From: Haliotis rubra | Taxonomy: Eukaryota | NCBI RefSeq assembly: GCF_003918875.1 | Contig: NW_025765461.1 | Coordinates: 62,001 to 126,000 of the forward strand | Direction of reading: 5' to 3' | DNA length: 64,000 nt | In this document: in pieces, positions 1-12,858 of the stretch | Position numbering within the stretch: the first letter of the stretch is position 1 | Layout of the letters: each line of letters begins with the position of its first letter | The notes under the pieces: generated by a model | The model's input: only the letters and a program-made list of their open reading frames with translations | What the model was told of the DNA's origin: nothing | Database searches by the model: none | Translations under genes and position numbers: made by a program

Positions 1-1101
1 CCTGGTTGAACCTTCTCTCTTGTCGTCAACGCGCATCTCTGACTCCCTCTTGTCACTAACTGTCATGCCATCAGCCTCGTCCATGCCATCAGCCCGATTG
101 TCTGAGCCTTCTGGCTTGTCATCCTTGTTCACGTTAGAATCTGTCTCTGACACGTTATTGATAACCTCGGTGACGTTCCACAAGCATCGCGATGTATCAC
201 CAGGCCTTGGTGCTGCAGCCGCAGAATGATATCCATGTTCACCCTCCTGACGGTGCGTGTCCGAGTTTCTGGGATGTTTTGGTACATTAGATGTGTCTGT
301 GTCCTGGATCATATTTGTACAGGAATCTGACACCTGATTTCTGCTTTTCATATCTGACTGGTTTTTCAGCTCGGAACCAGCACCGCTGGACGACACACAA
401 GGTTTCTTTGAAGCAAAATCCGTTTCCCAATTCACCATGTTTCTGAAAGACGATCCATGCGCATCGGTCTTGAACTCCGGGTCCTGAATGTTTCTGAAAT
501 TTATCATCTGAAGCTCGTATATTGCCACCATTGCAATGCAGTTCAGGAGGAACCACTGCATACACCTCTCCGGCAAGGCAGGCACGTCTTCACAGGCAGA
601 CATCAAGGTACAGGCATCGCCTGGAGGTACCATGTGATTCTTCCGAATAGTGTCACGGAACGAGCGGATGCTTTGATAACCAGTATGGGATTGATCGTCA
701 TCTATTCCTGCCTTGCAATGCATACATTTAATTTCCGAAATGGGTTGTTCGGTGATTATGTCATGGCCATTTTCCGCGATGCCATAGTAGTCGGCCGCAT
801 TCCATTTCCCTTCCGACATATTGAAGACGTTATGCATTTTTAATGGTGAACCTTTCAGAAATGACCGCAGACTTTCAACTCTCACCACCCGAGAATTGTT
901 TACGACTACATCGTCGTTACTTATCATTCCATATACGCTTCCGTGACATGTAGCATGTTGGACAAGCCATGTGAGCATATTCTGACAGACCCCGATCCCC
1001 CTGGATGCAGCTAGTAGGATGAGGTACAGCCCCAGTGTAACCCACTGTATAAAGATGTGCGACAGACTGCGTCTGCTGGTGGGTGACTCCTCAACAAGCA
1101 T
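1..1101 (-). CDS. Orphan protein, at least 367 aa, running off the window start; N-terminal hydrophobic segment and acidic low-complexity C-terminal part
   Basis: Manual translation is open from ATG 1101 to base 1 (MLVEESPTSRRSLSHIFIQWVTLGLYLILLAASRGIG...RSFLKG...DDKREGSTR). It is absent from the ORF track because there is no stop in the window. Splice acceptor gttttatgttgtccag lies at about 1163-1178. Confidence 0.65.
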   Translation of the reverse strand, partial: MLVEESPTSRRSLSHIFIQWVTLGLYLILLAASRGIGVCQNMLTWLVQHATCHGSVYGMISNDDVVVNNSRVVRVESLRSFLKGSPLKMHNVFNMSEGKWNAADYYGIAENGHDIITEQPISEIKCMHCKAGIDDDQSHTGYQSIRSFRDTIRKNHMVPPGDACTLMSACEDVPALPERCMQWFLLNCIAMVAIYELQMINFRNIQDPEFKTDAHGSSFRNMVNWETDFASKKPCVSSSGAGSELKNQSDMKSRNQVSDSCTNMIQDTDTSNVPKHPRNSDTHRQEGEHGYHSAAAAPRPGDTSRCLWNVTEVINNVSETDSNVNKDDKPEGSDNRADGMDEADGMTVSDKRESEMRVDDKREGSTR

Positions 1102-1377
1102 CTTCGTCTTGAGTCTGGCAGCAGGTTCTGCGCAGTGTCGTCAGCGTGAAGGATCGGACACCTGGACAACATAAAACAGATATCCGCTCATAATAGTAGC
1201 CACTAGTCTGACTTAATACCTCACAGACCCCCGTGATGCTGCTAGAATATTGCTGGTAGAACAAAAAAACACTAATAAAGCGAATAAATGGAGCGAGAAT
1301 CTCAAGAAACCTCATTTCTTTTGTGGGATTGGCTTAACTCAAAGAAGTTACTCTTATGTCCGGAAGCCGCGTTGAAA

Positions 1378-1607
1378 NNNNNNNNNNNNNNNNNNNNNNN
1401 NNNNNNNNNNNNNNNNNNNNNNNNNNNNNNNNNNNNNNNNNNNNNNNNNNNNNNNNNNNNNNNNNNNNNNNNNNNNNNNNNNNNNNNNNNNNNNNNNNNN
1501 NNNNNNNNNNNNNNNNNNNNNNNNNNNNNNNNNNNNNNNNNNNNNNNNNNNNNNNNNNNNNNNNNNNNNNNNNNNNNNNNNNNNNNNNNNNNNNNNNNNN
1601 NNNNNNN
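1378..1607. other. Assembly gap (N run)
   Basis: Run of N. Confidence 1.
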
Positions 1608-1749
1608 CTCTTGAAGATAATTTTTAAAAAAGGGTACGTATGTTTTAACCACATGATATAGTTCCATGCGCAAGCTGAATGTTTATTATTAGCATTAACA
1701 TTGTATAATGAGATAGAAGCAGTGACCTAATCATTTGATGTCTCCAGGC

Positions 1750-2533
1750 CTTTGACCCCCGCTGCTCTTCCATCACCCAATATATGAGGGGTTTATTAAA
1801 CTCCCAGCCTTGGCCCCCCTCTGCTCTTCCACCACCCTCACACCAACCCCAATATATGATGGGTCCTCGCGGGTTTTTATTAAACTCCATGCCTTGGGCC
1901 CCATCTGCTCTTTCACCACGCTCACACCCACCCCAATATATGATGGGTCCTCGCGGGGTTTTATTAAACTCCATGCCTTGGGCCCCATCTGCTCTTTCAC
2001 CACGCTCACACCCACCCCAATATATGATGGGTCCTCGCGGGGTTTTATTAAACTCCAAGCCTTGGGCCCCATCTGCTCTTTCACCATCCTCACACCCACC
2101 CCAATATATGATGGGTCCTCGCGGGGTTTTATTAAACTCCCAGCCTTGGGCCCCCTCTGCTCTTTCACCACCATCCTCACACCCACCCCAATATATGATG
2201 GGTCCTCGCGGGGTTTTATTAAACTCCATGCCTTTGCCCCATCTGCTCTTCACCACGCTCACACCCACCCCAATATATGATGGGTCCTCGCGGGGTTTTA
2301 TTAAACTCCATGCCTTGGGCCCCATCTGCTCTTTCACCACCCTCACACCCACCCCAATATATGATGGGTCCTTGCGAGGTTTTATTCAACTCGAAGCCTT
2401 GGGCCCCACCTGCTCTTCCACCACCCTCACACCCACCCCAATATATGATGGGTCCTCGCGGGGTTTTATTCAACTCGAAGCCTTGGGCCCCTCGGCTCTT
2501 TCACTTATCTCACACCCACCCCAATATATGATG
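1750..2533. repeat. 84-bp minisatellite, about 9 copies
   Basis: cccaatatatgatgggtcctcgcgggg recurs at about 1848, 1932, 2016, 2100, 2187, 2269, 2353, 2437. Confidence 0.95.
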
Positions 2534-2927
2534 AATCCTTGTGTTGTTATTACAAAACATTCTCCAACTGCGTACATCGATGCTCATAATGTCAATCACG
2601 AGATTATCGAGTCTAGAGTCGATTAATGCATGACATTGCGGGCTGACACAAGGAACAAACAGCAACACAGCCATTCGTCTTGATCTGCCAAGCGTACATA
2701 AAATTCCCTTTGTAATTAAATGTCTCAGTAAACCGACTGGGTGGAGTGGAGGGAATTCGAAGATACTGTTGTACTCACTTTGCAAGAATGAGAGAGAGAC
2801 TTAAGATGGGGTCGTTAAACCCCATATAAGATCGTATATAGCCGTGGCTGTATTAAACTGCACTATATATAGCACTACGAGGATGTTATATGACGCTTTC
2901 TTGTTCCTATTAGTGATATATGTGACC

Positions 2928-3124
2928 ATGGGCGGATCCAGGAAGTTTGAAAGGGGGTGGTGGGGGTGGGGGTTTGGTTCAGGGGTTTCGAACCCCCTAT
3001 AGGCTCCGCCAACGCAAAAAAAGTCTTCAATGTAGTCTGAAGTCATTTTTAAAAGGGCGTGTGTGTGAGTGTGTTCGAACACACACACACACACACGCAC
3101 ACCACACCCCCGGATCCGCCAATG
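2928..3124. mobile_element. MITE with short TIRs and internal (CA)n
   Basis: catgggcggatcc ... ggatccgccaatg inverted ends; no clean TSD. Confidence 0.65.
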
Positions 3125-4581
3125 TGTCACGCAGTTAATCTCTACGACATTTCGCAAGAGTTTAATCACCTTTGTTTCATCACTAAAGCACTAATTACAC
3201 AAATATTTAGCATGTTACTCACGACAAACCAACGGGCAGGCAACGAAGAAATCCCCTATGAAATTCCCGCGATCTAATTTTAGACCAACTTCGGGACATT
3301 ACGGAAAGTCACGAGACGTGCCGATATTACTTCAGGTGTGAAGAGTGATCATGCTGGGGCTGAGGTTGAGGTGGATCATTCAGATGAATCCAGATTAGGG
3401 ACTAATTATGTCCTTCCGGAATTTCATTAAACTTAAATCTGTGGTACATGTGAATAGCATCTCATAATATCTGATATTCTAGTGTTTTCAAAGATGATAA
3501 TAAATGATCACCTGCTAATCAGTGTTAAATTTGTGATTATGTTTTGCTCGGAATGGGTTAGTCCTCGTTAAGTCAAATTGTCTCTGTCAGAGAAACATAT
3601 TGTATATAAAGCAAATTGGAAGTGGAAAAATCAAATATTGTCCACCAACGATTAATATACATTCCCTTATGTGACGGTTTAGGGACATATACATACTACA
3701 GCTTGACAATCAGTCTGACCAGATGAAGTATTGTTTTTCACTGAATGAAGTGATTTTTGCTTGACGAATCTGCCCGACTAGGTGAAGACATAACTTTGAA
3801 TATAATGCTTGTTTCTGAGTAGCTGCAGTAATACCTTTCAGTTGTTTCTGACTTCTTCAGTGCTTGAGCCAGATGTTATGACCTCCCGGACACAATACAG
3901 ATATGTGAAATTTCCCCTTTGTGTAGCCCTATCAGTATGTGTTTAAAACCCTACATATTAACAGTGAGATCGATATTAATCAAACGTATTAATAGTTATA
4001 AGTGCGCACACAAGTTTCAAACAGCTACAGAAATATCGTTGTCCTTCTTTTCAACACCAAAATTACAAATAATTTGAAGGACTTTATTTTCACTATTTCG
4101 GTAAAATGACACTAATCTAGAACGTAATAGTTAGAAAATATTTCATCAGAAATATATGTCAGTTGTAAAGTTGTCTTTCCATACCGCAGGCTCACTAACA
4201 AAGACTATTCATAAGGTCGGCTTCTAACAAAGACAATATAATCTGGCAAAACGAAAGACATACCCTGTGCAGATACCAAGATATAAACCCCCACCCCCAC
4301 CCCATCATTAGTGTATCATAGGCATCAACTATATCCCCACCCCCCTACCAGCATGGTCCCCACCAGCATGGTCCCTACCAGCAGACAAACCACTGATATG
4401 TACACTGAGCTACACAACCACTTTCAACACAGTCAACCAGATCACAGCATTCTTGAGTTATACCCAGGTTACAGCCCTATTCCACCTATGGTAGTTGCAC
4501 AGTCTGGGGTCATGATTGTAAGTTGCACCGTTGCCTCAGTACAAGCTACTACTAATTTATTCTCTTCTTTTAAGGAAGTTG

Positions 4582-4740
4582 TGAGTGAGTTTAGTTTTAC
4601 GCCGCTATCAGCGATATGCCAGTAATATAGAGGCGGGGGACACCAGGAATGGTCTTCACACATTGTACCCAAGTTGGGAATCGAACTCGGGTCTTCAGCT
4701 GGACGAGAGCGAATACTTTTATCACTTGGCTATCCCACCG
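4582..4740 (-). mobile_element. tRNA-derived SINE, family A (head ...tagtggttaaagcgttcgctcgtc..., tail ctcactcac)
   Basis: Same sequence as the copies at 6508, 7318, 12859, 20122, 28203 and 57160; tRNA A/B-box-like head. Confidence 0.85.
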
Positions 4741-4789
4741 CATCAAGTGGCGGAATAGCTTCTTCGGTGATGTTAAAGGCGATGATAAT

Positions 4790-5375
4790 AGCTAAGAAGG
4801 TTCTGATATGTGGATAATACTGGTTAGAATGCAGCAGATGGAATGTTCAAACGGATATTCCAGGTAATACACATATTTCCAGTCTTGTATTCCAAACTGG
4901 GCGATCCTTTTTATGTTGTGAATTGCCGAGTCTACATCAGTTATGATCGTATTCATCTTAATAATAATAATGAAGACAAAATCATTAACAGATCTTTTGA
5001 AGATGATAAGGGTGGAGCTACGGTCTCCCCAGCATCCCCGGGTACGTCTACTACAGCAGCCTCAGCCATCACTGAGGGCAGAAATACAGGGGAAATTGTA
5101 TCTGAATCATAGGTACATCCTGGCAACACCTTTCAGAAATGAGCGTCTCTTGTGTCTCTCTGATAAAATGTCAGGTTACAGAACTGTATATCGTCTCACA
5201 GAAGTCACATTTATCGTGAATCTTTTGGATCAGCCGAATAATATCCAACCGCTTGCTGTGTTCCAGCGAGAAATATTCCACGATGTGGCCTATCTTCTTA
5301 TTGTGGTGATCCAGTTCCTTGAGGACGTTGTGGACGCCGGCCTCAGACACGTTGCTGTCTGCAGTGCAACTACTC
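4790..5375 (-). pseudogene. Degenerate exon paralogous to neighbouring minus-strand orphan genes
   Basis: Acceptor ttcttttttctag at about 5376. Encodes RSFLKG (shared with the 1-1101 ORF) and ARMYL*FRYN (cf. ARMYLCFRYN at 12056). DNA match gccaggatgtacct...cagatacaat to 12030-12065. Contains stops and frameshifts. Confidence 0.5.
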
Positions 5376-5440
5376 CTAGAAAAAAGAATAGAATAACTAA
5401 TAGTAAGAAGTTCATATTTTCTGATTTGAATTGCAAGATA

Positions 5441-6130
5441 AACAAGAAGACAAAGTCATCAATATCCCCCGCAATGGCAAAATACTCTTCATGATTATGT
5501 CTACGAGTTATGATTATGTCAAATATTTAGGTGTGTATATAGAAAAAGTTGGAAAGAAAGAGCAGTATCACCAATTCAGTCTAAGTCAAACTTTTTAAAT
5601 GGAAATGCAAAACTATTTTGCTCCAGAAGAAATCCAAAAGGTAAACCAAAAGCACCAGTCACCACCAGATCTATCTATGTGCCAAGTTTGGTGAAGAAAT
5701 ATTGAACGGCCAGTTCTGGAAAAGCACTACCACTAAATTCATTCTAAGTCGAACTTGTTGCCATTCAAAAATGTTTTATTCAGAAATCCAAAACTACCAA
5801 AGGCACCAGTACACCACCAGATCTATCTATGTGCCAAGTTTGGTGAAGAAATAGTGAACGGTTTTAGAGTTCTGTTCCGGAAAAGAGCACAACCACTAAT
5901 TTCATTCTAAGTCGAACTTGTTGCCACAGAAACGCCAAAAATGTTTTATTCAGAATTCCAAAACTACCAAAAGTCACCAGTACACCACCAGATCTATCTA
6001 TGTGCCAAGTTTGGTGAAGAAATATTGAACGGTTTAAGAGTTCTGCTCCGGAAAAGACAAATGTGCACGGACGGACGCACGGACGGAGTCCATTTTAATA
6101 CCCCCCGCAAAACGTGTTGCGGGGGATAAA
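5441..6130. mobile_element. Non-autonomous Helentron/HINE-like element
   Basis: Starts aacaag; subterminal tatcccccgcaa is inverted to the 3' ttgcgggggata; internal tandem repeats (gtgccaagtttggtgaag x3); (GGAC)n; 3' hairpin cccccgcaa..ttgcggggg. Confidence 0.65.
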
Positions 6131-6507
6131 AAATTTTATCGCAACTATCACAGCTAGAAAAGTTATTACACTTTATCATGCTAGAGAACGACATCGACCT
6201 TCAACTCTTGATATTCACACTGTCAGTATATCTGTAAAAACAAGATGGGAATCATTATACACTGCCATCTATATATATGATCCGTTTCATACCATAGTTT
6301 ATCAGTCTTCCATGTCTGTTGTTTCAGCACATGAACAGCCAGTCCATGGGCCGTCTTGTTCTGGAACACCTGGCGACTACCTTGTGACATCTCATGAATG
6401 ATGTGCTGGAACAAAGGGGTGACTTGGTGTCATATAAACGCGCGGATTTACTGTTCCTAAGAATGTATATGGAATAAATTCCAATAACGATAAAGGTCAT
6501 ATATGAA

Positions 6508-6652
6508 TGAGTGAGTATGCTTTTACACCGCTTTTAGCAAGGTTCCAGCAATACCACGGCGTGGGACACCAGAAATGGGCTTCACACAATGTACCCATGT
6601 GGGCACTTGACATGACGAGCGAATGCTTTAACCACTAGATTACTCCACCGAC
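6508..6652 (-). mobile_element. SINE family A copy, internally deleted
   Basis: Homology to the other copies. Confidence 0.8.
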
Positions 6653-7317
6653 CCTGTGAGCGAGCGAGTAACGGGTTAATCACCAACATAATCCTCTATC
6701 ATAGGTTGTCAATTTGTTGTGGACACACCGTCCAAGGATCAAGGATCAAGGATCATAATCGGTTTCGAATTTAGGGTTCGATCGCACTACCAGTGAATGT
6801 ATTGATCAAACCAAAACAAACGAACAGTTCACCCACGCAAAACACGGATAGATGCACCACCATTACGCGAAGACAGCTGAATCCCTTGCATCAGCTACGT
6901 CCACAGTGTACGTACCTCCTTGTGTTCAATCGTCTGGGCATCATTCCCAGAATGGTCCAATAACAGATTCACAGACGCTCTGCATCTTTCGGCATCTAAA
7001 AGAATATATTTTCAAACTTCAACACCATCCGTAAAACACAATTAAAAATGTTACGTGTCCGTCGCAAGTGGAACTTAGAGATCACGAAACAATGTTCAAA
7101 GGCCAATCCTAGGTTTTGCAGACCTGGGCAATAGATTACAAAACACGTGTATTTTCATTCTGGTGATGGGTAAACCTTTCTGTATGGACCGCTAACATGT
7201 TGATATGCTTGTCCCATATTTCCACTATCAAGGGGGGCGTGTCGAAACTACCTGTCATGATTTAATTTCAGCTGTGATGTCACTGGTTCTACAGATGTCC
7301 TACATCTATATCTTTTG

Positions 7318-7470
7318 GACAGGGGTAGCCTTGTGGTTAAAGCGTTCGCTATTCGCGCCAAAGCCCCGGTTTCGATTCCCTACATGGGTACAATGTGTGA
7401 ATCCTATTTCTGGTGTCCCCCGCTGTGATATTGCTGGAATATTGCTAAAAGCGGCGTAAAACCACACTCA
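7318..7470 (+). mobile_element. SINE family A copy
   Basis: ggggtagccttgtggttaaagcgttcgc...ggaatattgctaaaagcggcgtaaaac. Confidence 0.85.
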
Positions 7471-7479
7471 TTTTCCCGC

Positions 7480-7940
7480 TAGCTGCCGGAAGATACAAGA
7501 ATATTCCTCGCATGGACAACTGTCCACCAATTTGTTGAGGAGGCGTTTGTGTCGCACCAGAAGAGGCAGGTTTTCTACGTTTGAGAAACAGTAGGGGATC
7601 GCGATTTCTTCCGGAACCTGGGGTGTATAGTCTATCGCTTTGCCTTTCCAGAATGCAGTGGTCGATGGCGTCGCACTTGCGAGGATGGGTAGTTCCGATA
7701 TAGATGAGAGGCAGTCGGTGCATCGGTTGTGTCCCTTGTTTCCGGGCAGTCGCTGGCAAGATCGATTCGGAGTTTGCCGGCTGCAGGTCGAAATAGGTTG
7801 GACGGGTAGAGGTAGACAAAATCGACTATTTTACCGTCTTCTACGAACTGGCGAAAGCACAGCAAATAGAGTGCAAGAAACTGTTGAGGGATCTGGTATC
7901 GCTTGTAGAAGGTGTGTCCCTAGACTAACAACTAGTCACT
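7480..7940 (-). pseudogene. Possible degenerate orphan exon
   Basis: Acceptor atatgttcatttcag at about 7940; LYLLCFRQF resembles MYLCFRY of the neighbours; early stops. Confidence 0.25.
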
Positions 7941-8383
7941 GAAATGAACATATTTTACTGAAAAATGTTCATAGTAAAAAAATATATAATATAATGAAAA
8001 GGAGCCCTGAGACTTTCTTCATTTTCAGAGACTAAACAAATCTGCAGAGGGATAATTTCTTGGAATTTCACAACATGTACAAAGGTTCTTATCACCCATT
8101 ACTGCTTTAATTGTGTGTGACAGGAATATTTACTGCCCCCACCGCCTCCAGGTCCTACTGTCAGTGGTGTGGGCCGATGTGGGGTAATGAGTATCAAGTG
8201 TCGCCAAATCTATTTTGAGAGCAAGCAGGGATACCAGCTAAGGGTAGCATCTCTTGATATTCCTATGGCTGGACAACTGGATCTCACCCAAAAAAATTCC
8301 AAATTTATTTATATTCTCCAAAATCCAAAGGTTGTGTCTGCACTATATGTGGAAGTTTAATTGATGTCGCATATATATAATGT

Positions 8384-9005
8384 AACAAGGAGAAAAAGTC
8401 ATCAATATCCCCCGCAATGACTCTTCATGTATATGTCAGTTAGTTACGACTATGTCAAATGTTTTGGTGTGTATATAGCAGTGAGTGAGTGAGTTTAGTT
8501 TCATGCCACACTCAGCAATATTCCAGCTGTCTGTAAATAATAGAATGTGGACCAGATAATCCAGTGATCAACAGTATCAGCATCAATCTACACAAATGGG
8601 ATGCAATGATATGTCTCAACCAAGTCTGTGACTATATTACAAAGTGGAAGGAGAGTATTGAAAGGTTTTTTAAGTTCTGCTCCAGAAAAGAGCACTACCA
8701 CCAATTTCAGTCAAAGTCAAACTTGTTGCCATGGAAACGCAAAATATGTTTTCTTCAGAAATCCAAAACTACCAAAAGGCACCAGTATATCGTCAGACCT
8801 ATCTATGTGCCAAGTTCAAAATAAAAATCATATCTGGGTCTAACCCCCAAAAGGCACATCTAGGGATCATGGTTCACATGCGTACCAAGTTTGGTTAAGC
8901 TATCACAAATAGTTTAGGAGATATGCTTTGGACAAAGCGTGACGGATGCACGGACGGACGGAACACGTTTCTACATTCCCCGCAACTTCGTTGGTGCTGG
9001 GGAAA
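8384..9005. mobile_element. Second HINE-like copy carrying an internal SINE fragment (about 8482-8630)
   Basis: aacaaggagaaaaagtcatcaatatcccccgcaatg start, GGAC repeat and ccccgcaac..gctgggg end match 5441-6130. Confidence 0.65.
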
Positions 9006-9579
9006 ACAATATGCCATCAGATCTTTTCAAAGTTTATGGATAAAGTCACAAATGCCTACATCGTTGAGGTACACTGCTTTGAGCCTAATGATTTATATAT
9101 CTCTGTTTGTTTTTCATCATGCAAATCAAGGATGACACAACAATAACAATAGCATGGCTTGTATTTTCTACTGACTTGTATGAATAGGGAGAATTTCGAA
9201 TGTCAGTGATTTTCCACTCCTGGATGGAGAACAATACAAGACATTTTCACCACTTAAGTACTTTTCAATCACTATATTCTGATTTGGACAAATGCTATGT
9301 ATATTTGCTTTCATCCTCATCAAAGTTCCAATTCATTTTTACCCTGAGACGGAAAACTTTTCGAAATGATCCCCTCTCCTCACCAGTGTAAAATGAAACA
9401 GTTAAAGAAAATACTCAGATTTTATAAGTCATCAGGTCTCTAGTGTAATCACACATGTTGTTTGTCTGGAGTGAGAGGACAGGCAAAAGCAGGAGGTCTT
9501 GGCTCAGTGTGGGGTCTTGGGGAGTGGTGGGGGAGGCTCCCCATGAGTTAATATTAAACACTAGTGACAGCTAGAGATC

Positions 9580-12472
9580 AACTGATAATTACAAGCCATA
9601 TTCTGGCTTGTGAATTCAGCAGATTGGTACAGACCCTGAAGCTGAGGAAATCTAGACTTGCCACATTTTCTAGACTTGAGTGGGCTTTCTTGGATATATT
9701 TGCTTCAGGGTCTGTACGACAGACTAGGTGTGTCCCGATCGCTCCAGGATTTGTTTCTTTCTGTCGGAAAGCAAGACATGGGGACACTTCTCTAGCAGGG
9801 TCTCGAAGACTTCTGTCATGTCTTTGTTTGTGGCTCGGGGTCTATACTACTCAGAACCGTGTATATCTGGCTTGGTACTTCTTCGCCTCCCGAAGGGACA
9901 AACGACCCGAACGGATCTCAACATAGGCATCGGGCGATAGTTTGGTTCCTGGCATTTTTTTTCTATATCCATACACCTACATATCTCTAATTGGAGAGCA
10001 CTTCAACCGGGACACTTTTTGTCTTCCGATATAGTTTTGTGAAAAAACTAGTGTTTCTGGGAACCCAACTGGGCCGTTTGGAGCTCCTAGGCATGGTGGC
10101 CCGTTCCACCATTCCCTATACTACTGATGCGCTCAACATGGTCTATACCGCGGTTTATGCGCTTTGAAGACCTACACACGATCACCTTTGTACTACGATT
10201 GTAGTCATGTCTATAACTGTAAATAGCAGCAAGTAGTTGAAGCTGGTTTGTTAATAATAGGGCAAATACAGGCATCAGAAATTGCCTAAACCTTGTCAGA
10301 AAATACCTGCTACCTCTCATATTCTTTGTCAGTATCGTTTTTGGAAATAATTCAGTATTTGGTGTCATGTCCCGTGAACCGAGAACTATAGTTTCCTCTC
10401 TGCTTCGTGTATGAGTTTTTAATATAATTTATATCATTTTTCCAATCTATAATCAGACACAATTTAAAGTTTTCAATTATTCCAAGGAGTATTCTTCCAT
10501 CCAGTGGTACACTGAAGCCACAAGGTATATAGTTTCGAAAACATGAGACAACAATATCACATCCTTCTATTGCTGCTATTACATCATTTAGGTTGTAGAC
10601 TCCACCAGTATATTGGGAATCAAACATGACAGAAACTGCACATTAGAATCAAAGACTTACTAATTTCTGTCTGTGTTCCAACAGATGTATGAACGCTCTC
10701 GGCTCTTTCGGGTGGCCTGGTCTCGGCATCTACACCTCTGTTTTGTCCCAGCTGTAACCTGTCTGTCGTCTGCCCCTGGTTCTCCTCCCTGTCTCCCAGC
10801 TGGAACCTGTCTGTCGTCTGCCCTGGTTCTCCTCCCTGTCTCTCAGCTTGAACCTGTCTGTCGTCAGCCCCTGGTTCTCTCTCCCCCTGTGTCCCAGCTT
10901 GAACCTGTCTGTCGCCAGCCCCTGGTTCTCCTCCCTGTCTCTCAGCTTGAACCTGTCTGTCGTCTGCCCCTGGTTCTCCTCCCTGTCTCCCAGCTGGAAC
11001 CTGTCTGTCGTCTGCCCCTGGTTCTCCTCCCTGTCTCCCAGCTTGAACCTGTCTGTCGTCAGCCCCTGGTTCTCCCTCCCTGTCTCCCAGCTGGAACCTG
11101 TCTGTCGTCTGCCCCGGTTCTCCTCCCTGTCTCCCAGCTTGAACCTGTCTGTCGTCAGCCCCTGGTTCTCCTCCCTGTCTCCCAGCTGGAACCTGTCTGT
11201 CGTCAGCCCCAGGTTCTCCTCCCTGTCTCCCAGCTGGAACCTGTCTGTCGTCAGCCCCTGGTTCTCCTCCCTGTCTCCCAGCTGGAACCTGTCTGTCGTC
11301 AGCCCCAGGTTCTCCTCCCTGTCTCCCAGCTGGAACCTGTCTGTCGTCAGGCCCTGGTTCTCCTCCCTGTCTCCCAGCTGGAACCTGTCTGTCGTCAGCC
11401 CCAGGTTCTCCTCCCTGTCTCCCACCTGGAACCTGTCTGTCGTCAGCCCCTGGTTCTCTCTCCCTGTCTCCCACCTGGAACCTGTCTGTCGTCAGCCCCA
11501 GGTTCTCTCCTCCCTGTCTCCCACCTGGAACCTGTCTGTCGTCAGCCCCAGGTTCTCCTCCCTGTCTCTCAGCTGGAACCTGTCTGTCGTCAGCCCCAGG
11601 TTCTCCTCCCTGTGTCCCACCTGGAACCTGTCTGTCGTCAGCCCCAGGTTCTCCTCCCTGTCTCCCACCTGGAACCTGTCTGTCGTCAGCCCCAGGTTCT
11701 CCTCCCTGTCTCTCCAATGATGTTTCCTTTCTATGCGTTTGCTGACGTTCATAAACAACAGTTAGAGCCGGTGGATTTCCAAGAGGCATTGCCTGTGGGC
11801 TGGATTCTTGTATAGGCAGATGGTACTGTGGCCCTAGTGTACCAAATGCTCCTTGTCTGGATACTGGCACGTCCAGTTCCCCGTATCGAGCTCCTGTGGT
11901 CCCTTCTGATAAACAATAAGTATTCTCAGCACTGTGTTTATGTTGGTGCTTACCAATTCTCTTTAACATCAGAAATCTCCCTGAATGACAATTGAGGAAT
12001 GAATAAGGAACATTTCCAGAAATACAGGAGACATTGTATCTGAAACACAGGTACATCCTGGCAAAATGATACGGATGGAGCTAAAGTCTCCCCAGCTTCG
12101 TGATACGTGAACGCCACCACTGAACGAAGAAATACACCAGCGTTATGAAGATTTAGTATTCAGCTGTCCAACTTTAAATGTGAAATGTGTAAATATTCTC
12201 AGTCTTTTAACAACGACCAGAGCCAAGCTTTGATCCTTTTGTCAATACATCCTTGAGAAGCTAGGAGCATTAAAGTCCCTATTCTGTAGATTGTAGAGCA
12301 TGAGACGATTACCTGTCGTTAATTGCTCAGGTAGGTCAGCATAAGCTCTGGTTTTCTCATCTGCGTACGTCTGAGTTTCAACCGACTTCATTTCCTGCAC
12401 CACTAAACATGACGAACAAATATAATGTTGAATGTAACATTCTTCTCTGTTTATTCTGTAGATAATCTCCAT
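9580..12472 (-). pseudogene. Large disrupted orphan exon including the 478-codon ORF 10620-12056 with a 16-aa repeat
   Basis: Chain of abutting minus-strand ORFs in shifting frames (12242-12472, 10620-12056, 10352-10627, 10087-10368, 9578-9787); TQT motifs KSVETQT and SVGTQT. Confidence 0.45.
10745..11715. repeat. 48-bp tandem repeat, about 20 copies
   Basis: Unit cctggttctcctccctgtctcccagctggaacctgtctgtcgtcagcc with occasional 1-2 bp indels. Confidence 0.95.
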
Positions 12473-12858
12473 ACATATAAATGTAAGTATTTAATGAAGA
12501 AATATCAGCCTGACTTAGCAACGTGACACTTTATAACAAAGAATTCAGTTGTGTCCCAAGTAAAACATAGCACAACAGCTGTTTCTCCACATATCGCAGC
12601 TTAAACCAAGCTTTAAATACGGAATAAATTAACGGAGTTTTGTTAAGTGTTCCTAAGAACAATATGCATGCACAAAATATCATGTACAATATTAAAGATA
12701 ACTTCATTATACCATAACTTACTCAATAACTAAAGTGTTCAATTCCTCACATGGAGCACCTTCCTACCGAGGAGCTTATTAACACAATGATATAATTCAG
12801 ACAGTATACTGCAAAACAAAAGACAACATACGCCCGTATTTGACGGTAGCTAAAATGA

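Noticed and set aside
1288-1673. ORFs containing X runs (also 49742-50224)
   Set aside because: They span assembly gaps
1645-2626. Overlapping 137-280-aa ORFs with 28-aa repeats (shell-matrix-like PPQYMMGPRG)
   Set aside because: By-product of an 84-bp minisatellite open in several frames on both strands; no signal peptide; the ORF ends in a SINE fragment
10673-11815. Plus-strand 380-aa and 290-aa ORFs
   Set aside because: Antisense readings of the 48-bp repeat
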